Below, piece by piece: positions 29,901 to 41,900 of a stretch of DNA of 44,452 nucleotides (positions are counted from its first letter, which is position 1; each line of letters begins with the position of its first letter). A program made the position numbers and the translations under genes. The DNA lies in NCBI GenBank assembly GCA_964408255.1, contig CAYOYS010000002.1:7616-52067 (forward strand). The letters are read 5' to 3'. A model generated the notes under the pieces. It searched no databases. It saw nothing but the letters and a program-made list of their open reading frames with translations, and was not told where the DNA came from. The stretch is from an uncultured Christensenellaceae bacterium. GTDB taxonomy: Bacteria > Bacillota > Clostridia > Christensenellales > CAG-1252.

Positions 29901-32900
29901 CCAAGCCTATCGCGGTGCTGTTAAGCGATATCGTGGTGCTTGCCGCGACTCCCTGCATCGAGATAAATTGATTCCATTCCTCGGGCGAGGTCAACGTGAC
30001 GCCGTCCGCTTCGGGCGAGGTTCTTAACGTGACGCTAATAATCTCACGTTCAACAAGGTTGAGCGTCAGCGTATCGTCCGTGCTTTGGGTTCTTGTAATA
30101 AAGCTTAACAGTTCAAGGTCATAGAACAATATGCCGTTGACGGGCGTCAGCTTGTTGTCGCCGGATTGGGTTCGGGCAAATTCGGTAAAATAGAAATAAG
30201 TAAGCCCGTTCTTCTCCACAATATTGAAGTATTCGTTCCATTCTTCGCTAGTAAGCGTTACTGTTTCATCTTCGTTTACTAGCCTTATCGTATCAATCGA
30301 AGTATTGCTCAAGTCGACAAGATAATAACTTTCGCCTTCAAGATAATGATAAATTCTCGTTGCCGATATCAACTGCGGTGTCGTGCTAGCATAATCTACA
30401 TGCATTTCCGAATTATATTGCGCGCTCTCAGCATGGGATTGCCCCGGAGTCTCCTCGTCCGTAATCTCCCGTCCCATTCCTATAAGGCTGATTAAATCGA
30501 GCTTGATAGGCGGTGCGCTCTTCAAAATACCAATATTTACATACGCAATACCGTCTGTAACATAAACGGACAACAACAACGACGGAATCATGGGGTCGGT
30601 GACATCGATTATCTCGAGAAGTATCTCGTTATTCAGCAATAATGTGTTGATGTCAAGGCTGTTCAAGCCGCCGAAGCTATTGAAAATCGTGCCGAGGTCG
30701 ACATTGAGCAGCAAATTGAATTGCAAAGATATCGAGCTGTCCTCGAAGCCGAGCGCAAAATCAATGTTTTCTTCGAGCAACGAAGATATAACATTGGTCA
30801 GCGAATATATGCCCGCTTCCGAGCGTCCGTCGAACTGCCCGCTTATGGACAACGCGATTTTGCTATCGAGCGTAAGTTCCGAATAGTTTGCCAATTGACT
30901 AGCAATGTCCGCGGGTATAGTCAACGTGTCCTTGGAAAGTTTCAGTCCGATACCGTCGATGCTAATTCTAAAGAACGGAGGTTGTGTGCCGTCTACCGCG
31001 TCAAGGGAGGCTTGCAAGTTGATACCCAAGCCGTCCTCAACACTCAATCTCAAGCCGACCTTGAGTTCGCCAATCTCGTCGAGAGCGTCCACGTCGACAT
31101 TGTACCCGAGCGCTTGGGCGAATATAGATATAAGAGCGGTCTTGATACTTATCTGAACGCCCGCGCTTTGAGAAACGGTAATTCTAGATATGTTTTTGAA
31201 TATTGTCTTAAATGTCGCATTAAAGTCCTCGAGGAATACACCTTCATCATTGTCGCCGTCCTCAGCCGAAGAAGTGTTCGAACCGCCGCTAAACAACGAA
31301 TCAAGGCCGTTTGCGGGAAGCAACGCCGCAAGGTCAAGCCCCACATATTTTATCTTGTTGACGTTAAGCGCGGGCATATCTATATATAATGTGCCATTAT
31401 CGGGACCGTTATAATAGATTGTTCCCATGCGTCTTTCCACCGTACCATTTATTGCACCGCCCTCGATTAATGAGATGAATATCTCAGAATCAGAGAGATT
31501 ATTGAGGTCGATGCTCGCGCTCACGTTAAGCGTAAACACCATATTCGTCTCAAAAGTCTTGGTTGTGAAAGTCGCCATCGCTTCAAGACCGGGGAACAAC
31601 GCGTTAAGCACCTTGCCGATATCGGCAAAGTAATCGACGCTACCCGGACTTTCTTCGAACTGTATTCTCAAGTTAAAGGTCAGCTTGCTCATCTCGGAGA
31701 ATAGCTGATAATCCATCTTTTCCGCTCCGGTATCCTTCTCGTTGCCCGAGGCGGTGTCTATCTCGAAGAAGTCAATGTGCTGTTTGCCGGCTACAAACAT
31801 CATGTCGCCCATACCCATTTCGATAACCGATTTTGCTTCCTCGGGGAGCGGGTCTTTAAGCACTCCGTCCTCGTATATCATCGACCTGTCATAAACTTCT
31901 AACATCAATTTGGCATTAAAGTTCGACTCGCCCGTCTCACTGTTATGGAAGAAAGGCAGTATGGCATTGGTTACGGGGTCTCTTTCGAGCAAATTAATGA
32001 CCAACTTCAGTCTTGTGAAAGGAGTATCCTCAAAAGGAAGCACTTCTTTCATCATTATTTCAAAGACATTGGCTAGGAAAGAATAACTCGATGTTATGGT
32101 GATTCCGTTCTTGGTTATGAGTATGTTGTCAAACATACCCGAGATAAGCTCTGCTCTCCAGATATTTTCCTCCTCGGGCGTCATATCCATAGCCGTTGCC
32201 GTATCCGTTATACCCGATAGAAGTTCGCCAAGATTAAGCGCGACTTTGATATTGTACAATCCTATCATTGGCGCATCGAGGTATAGCGCGTTGTCCAACC
32301 CGACATAATAGGCGCGGACGAACAGTGCTTTTTTCTCGTTAACTGTGTCCGGATACTCGATTAAAATTATCTTGAGCATCAGTTCAGAACGTCCGATATT
32401 TTTAAGGTTTAAGTTTGCCTTTAGCTCCACTTCGAAACGCAAATCAATATAATCCGTTATATCGAGCGTAAAGTCCTCGCTTAGAATATACATCAACAGC
32501 GCTTGCAAATCGAGACTCTGCTCTTTCATCTCGGCATCAAGATAGAATTTTGATTCAAAATAAATATTCTCGAGCATCAAATTGTCACCCGTCGGCATAT
32601 TAAAGTCATATATGCTCTTGTATTCGGTAACATCTTGCGTCCTTTCGGGACGTATCGAGGTGTCGTTGAACTCGATTGTGTTCAATTCGCCAAGGAAACT
32701 GACATAACCCGCCGTCTCGGGATTTTGCCCGCCGTCCGGCAGTTCGTTATTGTTGACGAACTCGGCGTTGAAGCTGATATATTGGTCGCTAATGCTGAAT
32801 ATCGTCGCCATGTCGGTAATTTGCACAGGTAAAACAAGCTGTATCTCGGAGAGAAGCTCGCCGAGAATCAGTTCGAGCATATCATTGTTATACACGATAT

Positions 32901-35900
32901 GCAGCCCTTCGGCATAATTGTCGCTACCGTCGCTAATTATAATCTTGTTGATTACTCTGCCGACTAGCAATAGATAATTGCCGGCATCTCCCAAATCTGC
33001 CGCCCCGCTTTCCTCGGTTTCGGCAAGCGCGTCTTTGAGCAATGACGACAAGTCTATGCCCGCAATGAGAATCTTGGGCACATCAAACCAAGGAATGTCG
33101 ATATAGATTTCTCCTCGGTATATGTCAAAATAAACCGAAAGTAGCAGATTTGGATTATCGGGGTCGTTACTCGGATAGTAGATAGAAAGGTTAACTTCGC
33201 TATCCATAATATTGACGATGCCTATTTTTGCTTCGAGTATTACCTCAAAGAAGCCGTCTATTCCTTGCATAGTTACGGGGATATTCAGTCCCGGAATCAA
33301 TGTCTCGAACAAGCCGCCTATGCTATACAGTCCGTCCGCGAAGTCATAATCCAGCCTACCCGACGCTTTGATGCTAAGGTGCTTGAAGTCGTCGGTCGTA
33401 TTATACCTATTGCCGTCGAAAGCAATCTCTTGCTTTGTGCCACGGAAAGAATAATTGCTTATATCGAGTTTGAACCGTGGGTCGTTCTCGGTGCCGGGCT
33501 TTTTATTCCATACCATATCGATGCCAAAATTGGTGTTAAAGAAGTCGAACCTGACATCAAGCGCCTTGAGCGACGGCATGTCAAGACCGATACCGCCTAA
33601 GAACCTTTCGGATATCTCGTGGAATATCGTGGTCGTGAACTTTATCACGAATTCGCCCGAATCGGTAAGGTTGAGCGAAGACACTATCGCAGTGACCAAT
33701 TCGAAAATATTGTTATTGTCGTTCTCGGCGGGTGATACATCGCTCGTCTCTGCCGCGTAATTCTCGCCGTAAATCAGCGAATATATCATGTCCGCTATAT
33801 TGAGGTTATCCAGCATCTCTTGAAGACCGGTGCCCGACAATAGCGATGCGATATCGAACTCTATGCGAATATTCAAATTATCCTCGAGAATGGGGGCGGA
33901 TATGTATAAATAGCCGTTCCCGTCGTAGAATAATGTAATCATCTCTTCCCTATTGGTAAGACTGCCTGTTTTGACTATCTCGCATACGCTGATATACAAC
34001 TCGGACATCGAAATGTCTACAAGAGAGATGTTGACCGCAAACGATATCCCTAAGGTTTTCCGCACGTTGCCCGTCAATATGACCGGTATTCTGTCCTCCT
34101 CGTTGACAAACAGCGACTGCAACAAGTCGGTAAGGTAGTATGCATTGTTTTCGTCGACTGCGTCGATAGCTATCTCGATAGTCGCGTCGGCGGAAAGGTG
34201 TATGAATTCCAAACTGTTGACGAATGCGTAATCCGCCGCGTCGTCCACCGTCTTGGTAATATGACCGCCCAAGCTTAGAACGGGCTTATTAATGCTCATT
34301 GATAGAGTCGTAACATCGCTGTACCCACCCTCGCCATTGGGCACATTGCCGCCCACCGCGCCAAAATCCAACCTTATAATCGGGTCGCCTTCGTTCACGG
34401 GGTTAAGGGACACTAAGGCATTGAGCGTAAACATCGCGTCTAGATTGACGCCCAACAGCCCCAATGCGTAATCGATAAAGTTCACGCTAGCGCCAACACA
34501 CAATCCCTCGGGGTTGAACGCGATATTCAAAGCGTCGTCCGCCGCTCCCGCTGTCTCGCCGCCGGTAGTTGAGCCGAATAATATTTTGAGCAAATCGGAT
34601 AACGATATCTCGATTGCAAGCTTGGGCAGCCCAAGCGCGGACAAATCCGCGTAAATATAGTTATTGTAATAATAAAGTTCTAATAATGTATTTTGTTCGT
34701 GATAATCGCCCGCTTGAACGGTACGCACAATATCAAAATACAAGTATAAGTCTTGTACAAGATTTATTAGCAACTCGTCAAGGGAAAGTCCGCCGCTCTT
34801 GCCTAACTCCGCAATGTTATCGCCGCCAAGCCCTATATTCATCTCGAGATTGAAGTCAAGTCTTTGATACGAAGCGGCAATATTAAGGGCAAGTTCGCTT
34901 TCGATGCCGAACAACTCGCCTAGACCTTGCAAGTTAATGGAGTTGTCTATCGGAGTATCCAATTCGACCGTACCGCTCAACTTGAAGAACAGCGCCTTTG
35001 CCTCGGTCAACGACTGATAGTAACCTAGCGGAACATCGTACGATATCGCTCGATTGAATCCAATCTCGGTATTGTAAAGCACAAAGTTAATGTATGCCGA
35101 GAATACATCAACACCGCTTGGCGGTACGTCGAAGTCAATCAACAAATCAATGAACTTGGTATATTCGAGCAGTTTGCCGCCCTTGTCGATAGTAACCGTG
35201 GGCGCTCCGTCCAAATAAACGGACAGCTTAGAAGTGTCCGCCTTGACCGCGGGCATATTCAAGTCATTCATGCCCGCAAGGGAAAGCGCAGCATTGAACA
35301 TATCTCCCGCGAACCCGATTTGAGCGCCCGAATTATTAAGAGTGAGTCCGGTGAATAAGCCGAGAATTCCGCCCATATCCAACGCGTTCGCTTCTCCCGC
35401 TCCCGCTATCTCGTCGCCGCCGAGATTCAAAAGACTCTTTAATAAATTGTCTATAAGCGAGGAGAACGCAATTTCGTCTATCTTAAGCATAAGGTCAAAG
35501 TACGGAATATTGACATATATAACGCCGTCCGCCTCTGTGCCTACATAATAGAATGCGAATTTTAGATTGCCCAATACCTTAGTCGCGCCGGTAGAATCCA
35601 CCTCATAGACCTGAATCGCGAACTCCGAGCCGCCAAGGTCTACGGGTATCTCGGCATATTGGTCTACCCGAATATTGGCTTGGAGCATCACCAAATAGTT
35701 CATACCGATTATCTCGTTGATATCAAGTTCAATCTTAAGTTCGGCCAATGCCCCGTCCATAAGGCTTGAGAGCACCGAGCCGAGCATGTCATTGACTGCA
35801 TAATTAATCCCCGCATCGGCATGGATATCCACTTCGAGCGCGGTGGAAACGGACAGATATTCGATGTTGCTTATATAGGATTCGCGTTTTTCTATTTCCT

Positions 35901-38900
35901 GATATTTGCCCTTGAAAACAAGTTCCTTAAGCGTAACCTTAAAATAGGTGTCCTCTTTGAGCGCAAAATACATGCCCGTTGAAGAGCCGAGCGCTACGCG
36001 GAACTCGCCGCCCGTGGGATTGATTGCAAAATATTTGCCCCACTCCGCACCCGAGGCAAGCGTTGCTACAATGTTCGCCCCTTGCTTGATTGTAATCGAT
36101 TCAATCTCAAAAGTGGTCAAATCAATAGAATCATATGTATATATTTTAATGGATTTATCCATAGAAAACACGCTTGGCTCCGTTCCGTTGTCAAGCTGAA
36201 CGGATACAGTGTAGCCGCCTAGGGGCAGAGCGTTGAATTCGGCGGTATTCGCGAATTCGATTGTGCCGTCCGCTCGGTTGATAATAAAGTATTTTGACCA
36301 TGCGCTTTCCGAGTTGAGTATCGTGTCGATGCCGTTGCCCGAAAGCGTTATCCTTATTATGTTCGCGGTACCTAACGCCAAGGAATATTTGTTTCTTATT
36401 ATCGATTTTGTGAATGCGAAACTGTGCGCGCCGCCCTCGGTATCCGTTATCTCCGCGGTATATGTTCCGTCGGAAAGCTCGTTCATCTCGTCGCTATTTT
36501 TGAGTGTGACTCCCTTCGCGATTGAGGGCAAGTAGTCGTTGTATCCGAGCATAACAAGTACCGTCCCGAGTATCTCGCCCGAGATTGTAAGCGCTATATC
36601 CTCATCGCCTATGTATATGCCGCATACGCCCGAAATCGAGTTAAGCAGACCGGTAATACCTCCGTCAATACCAACAATATCGCCCGATGCTTCGGCATAA
36701 TCTATATCCGATGCTTCGCTTGCAAAAAGTCCGCCGAGCAACTCGCCGAGGTCCAAATCGAGTTGGAAAGGCTCGACGCCGAGCAGCCCCTCAAGATTTA
36801 TTCCGAGCGTACCACGGCTATAATAAATGCTCATAATCTTTTCAAGCGTCTCGCCGCTTGCGTCCTCGCCTACCTCATAAAGGCTCATATAGAGGCTCAA
36901 GCCGTATAGATGGTTCGCCCCCTCTGCGAAGTTGAAGCTAGCCTCAATCGTCAACCGATAACATCCGGAAAGAATATCCGTAATATTGATTTCAAAATCG
37001 CTTGCGCCCAAGAATTCGTCAAGCAGTTTTTCGAACCTCAATGCGTTGGTATCGTTCGGGTTGTTATTCGCTGCGATTCCGAACTCAAGGTCGACAGAAA
37101 GACTTATATACGCTTGTATGGAGTCAAGTCCTACGTATTCGCTTAGGAATCCGAAGAAATTGCCTGCTTCGTCAGCCGCTTCGGGATTATTCGCATCAAT
37201 TTCGATAAGTACAGGCAACAAATCCTCTCTGAATTCAAGCACAAAGTCGCCGATAGCAATATCAATCGCGTAACCTTCGTTGAACAATGTATTGACATGT
37301 ATGCCAATGCCGCTTTGGATATAAGTCTCGCCGCCGGAGAAGATATCGCCGAGAGTACCAAGACCTATAAGCGTGTTGATTTCGGGCAGAGAAAGGTCGA
37401 TACCCGCAAGCAGTATCGCTCTGCTGAGTATCTGAGAGGACAGCTCGACAGTCACCGCGCTCTCGGTAAGTCGGACGCGTTCGAGGAATTTTATAATCTG
37501 CAGCACTCCGAAGCCGTCCGCAGACTCGGGTTCGCTTGCCGCAGCAGTATTCACGGAGCTTAGAAGATTGTATAATATCTCCCTCAAATCGAGCGCGTTG
37601 CGGATTGCAAGTTTGAGTTCAAGAGCGGGTACATGTATGTAAATCACATCCGTAACATCACTCAAATAGTATATGCCGATGACAGGCTTACCCTCGGGAT
37701 ATTCCGTTGTAATGCCGTCCGTTGTCTCCTCCGTCACATTCTTATCGCGAATCATAACGAGCAGTTCAAGACGCATTTTGTCTATTATGGAATCGATATT
37801 ATCCGCAAGGTTAGAGCCCGTGTACGCGTCTATGCTCAAGTTGGTAAGGTCAAGCCCACTGATGCCCAACTCGATATCTACGCCATAATAATACTCGCGG
37901 TCGCTGTCCGCGGTTAAGAGCAATTGCAATACATTCTGATAATTAGCGTAGCGCACAAGTTCTTCTGTTCCGTCAAGCTCCGCTAAGCCTAGCTTGACGC
38001 TCATCGAGGTGGAAAAATAGAGTTGTCCGAGGTCTTGCAGTCCGGTCGCCGTATCTCTCATAGAGGTGATAGGCGCGCCGTATCTCGGAAGCTCCGCAAG
38101 CGAATCCTTAAATATCAGCGCGTAATCCTCCAACCTCAACGCGAGGTGCGAATTCTCGTTGAAATCGAGCGAAAGTTGCATCAAATCGGCGGAAACCGTC
38201 ACGCTAACGCCCTCCAACGGCGGCAAAAGTACGCTTAGTCCGAGTACCTCAAGAAGATATGAAATCACTCCGCCGTTGACGCCGACTACCAAACCGTCCG
38301 AAACAAGTAAGGAAATAATAGGCGATAGCGGACTCTCGTTTTCCGCGGCAGCAGCAGGAGCGCTAGACGCAGCAGGAGCACTAGATGCGGGAGAGCCAAG
38401 CAGATTGAGTACAAGTTCGATTATGCCTAGGTTGTCTATACGCACTGCCTTACCCTCGGAGGCATCCGTATTACCGTAGATAAAGTACAAGGATTCGACA
38501 TAGCTGTTGGTCGCCGCGTCCAGCTTATCATGAGAATTATAATAAACCGTTATAAGTCTATTGTCGTTGGCGAACAGTTCTCCGCCCGCGCTCATGTAGT
38601 AAACCGACATAAACAGTTCGATTCTCGTATCGATAAGTGATTCGAGGTGCACATTGAATGCAAAATCAAAGCCAAGCCGCGCGACAAGCGTATCACCCGA
38701 CGCGTTGTCTTTGACAAAAAGCTCGAAACTTTGCCCGACTACTTGTTCGGCAATATATTGGTTGATTGCCGCGGCATATGCCGAGTCTATCGCAAATTCT
38801 GCTTGTGCCCTTGCTTCAAAGCCAAAATTGAGGTCGGTCCAATCGCAATAGGACGCGGTGTCGGAAGGAAGTATACCTTGAGGCTCGCAAAACGCAATAC

Positions 38901-41900
38901 CGAAGCCGCCCAACCCTAATCCGAGCTCAAAAGCCTCGTTGAGGTCGCCGTCAAAGACGCTGAGTCCGATTCCAATACCGATATCCTTAAGGTTCAAATC
39001 AAGAGTAGCAATAATATCGGGAAGCTGTAAGCCCGACAAGTCAATCGCCAAAAGTGAAAGCGCCGCCGTCAGGAAGTTGCCCTTGGTCGCTATGCCGATT
39101 ATGCCGCTTTCGCCGTCAATGGTAACGGAGCCGAGAATAGCGTTGATAAGCGCCATGATATCAATATCAAGCGAGCTTTCTTCGACTTCGCCGCTCTCAG
39201 GCTCTACGGGCGTAGAAGTCGGTTCTTCGACTTCGCCGCCGATTAACGAGTCGATAAGATTTTTGACCGTATCGAGAACGCCCGTTCCTTCAATTTTGAA
39301 TTTCTTGGCGCCGATGCTCGTTAAGTCTATATAGAGCGCATCGTCTACACTGTCATAATATATACCAATTATCGTCCCCTCTATATTCGATATCTCTATC
39401 GCAAGGCGGCAATAATCAAAGTTCGCTATATCAAGATAGACTTTGAAACCTACGGTTACGGGCAAGTTGAGCAGTTCGCCAATGTCGCCTGTACTGCCAA
39501 TATAAATGGATAGTTGATTGAGAATCGAGACAATCGTGTCGCCGAGTCCTACCGCGCCTGCTATATGCGCAAGTGTCTCGGAAAGCGAAACATTGGGATT
39601 GCCCTCACTATCCACGCCAAAGACTCCGGTACGCAAATCGAGCGCAACAGTCGCCGCAAGATAAATTCCTTCTATCGCAAGCTTGCCCGTCTCATCGCTT
39701 ATCGGAATATATTCCAACTCCTCATGCGCGTTGGCGAACGCATACTGCGCGATATTTGAGCTGCCGAGCGAAAGCATTATGCCGTTGAGCCGCAAGGTAA
39801 GATTTACGCCCGCCGCGCCCAAGCCAACCGATACCGCGTAATCGGTGGTAAGTCCGACGCTTATCGAGTCCAAAAACTCGCCAAAATCCAAGCCGCCGAT
39901 GTCTATGCCAAGCTGTGCCAAAACATCAGCTATAAGCACACCCGAAATGATTACAGAGATGCTGTTTTGGTTAAGTTTGAGCGCGACAAGCTTTTCTCCG
40001 AGAGAGAGGGGCTCGCTCGCTCCCGCCGATTCCTCACTGTTGTTCAGCAAGCTTGAAAGCAGCGAGGATACATCAAGACCGTTGTAGCGCACCGCGCCCA
40101 CTCCGAATAAGGGCGCTTTTGCATAAACAGACTGCGATGACGCGTTGTAGTAGAGAAGCAACGCAAGACTCGTGCGGTTATGCGCGGCGTCCGTAACGTA
40201 CACCCTCAGCAATAGTTCGAGTTCGTCAAGAATGTTCAAAACGGTAGCACTATTGCTGAAATCTACCGCTTCGAGATTGATATTCGCCATAAGGTCGAAT
40301 GACAATCCAAGGTGTGCGGCTTGGGTAACCGATATGCCTATATCCGAGCCGGCAAGCAATGCTTTCACCAAGTTTTCGAGCGTTGCTCCTTGGTCGCCCG
40401 AATTGAACGCATCGAGATGCAAATCAATCTCGCCGGTAAGCGCAAGTCCCACCTCGTTAAGCGCCGCAAAATCAAGCTCGGGATAGTCCGCGACTGCGTC
40501 CAAGCCAAGATTTTGCTTTTCAAAGCTCGCGCTTATCTTATCAATACCAAAAGATATGTAGTTATTATCATCTTTTGAAAGCTTAATCCCCACGCCTACA
40601 CCGTCAATAAAATTGACATAGCCTTCGGGAGTCAGCTTGTCAAATATGTCGCCAACATCGTAGCCAAGTATTGCAATTAAGGTCGAAAGCGCGGTGTTGG
40701 AAAGCGCAACGCCCACTCCTCGCGCGTTGATGTTGATTGCGCTCAATATGCCGATATTGGACAAAAGTGTATCCATTATTCCGTCAAGCGCTCCGTCCTC
40801 CGCCGCCGCCTGCTCATCGAACAAGCCCGAGAGAAGGTCTCCCACATAGAATTTCATATGCGGAAGGTTGAAGCCCTTGACGCCGTTTGCGGTAATTGCA
40901 CCAAAAGAAGCGTTGATATATACATATGCTCCGTCAAAATACAATGTAAGTATGCTGTCTCCGTTCATAAGTATTTCGGCTTTGAGCTCCATTCTGCCCA
41001 ATATATCGTTCAAATCGATATTTGCGCTGATTTTGAGTCTGAATTCTCCGGAAATATCGCCTTCCACAAGAATATCAAAAATCAATCCGTCGAGAAGCTC
41101 CGCAATACTGTCGGGCAACACGCTTTCCGCAATGCCCAAAAGCGCGGCAAAAGAGGGTCTATCAGCTTGCCGATTGTCTTCCCACGCATATTCCAATAAA
41201 AGCTCGGTCGAAACATAAATCTCTTGAATTGCAGTGACATCGACATAATCGTCTTGCCAAGCCACCGATGCCGGCAGAATCTGCCGTTTTTCAAGCGCAA
41301 GCACAAAGTTGTGGATGCGCACAGAAAGATAGGGATTGACATAATCGGGTGTGCCGTCAGAGGTGTCGAGAGCAACAATCAGACCCAGCTCAAGCCCCTC
41401 CGAGGTCTTTATGTAGACCTTGCTACTTTCGTCAAGGCTAATAATCCCGTCCGCCTCAGTACCTAAAAGCAACTCAAAAACGGTAGCAATAAGTCTTTCG
41501 CCGATATATACTGCCGCCTCGTTCTGGTCAAGCGAAATGCCGCCCAAAACTCCGCCCAAAATTTTGATAAGAAGCTCGGGGGTCATTTCGCCGTCCTCTG
41601 CGCCGGATAGCGTGGAGGGAATAGCGCTAGCTAAAGCCTCATCGTCAAGCAGCCCTCTCAGCATGTCTTCAAGGTTGATTTTGTACATAAATTTGGGCAA
41701 TCCGACGCTGCCGTCAATAGAAATGCCCGACGCATCCACGAATATCGCACTTTCGTTGGGAGCGTATTCGCCATAATAAATCGCAAGTATCTGATGTGTG
41801 CGGTCACGGAATCCTCTATCGTATACTCTTACTGCAATCTCGATTTTGCCCAGGTCGATATTGAGTCCGGCTCCCGCAATAATGTCGGATAGCTTGAAGC

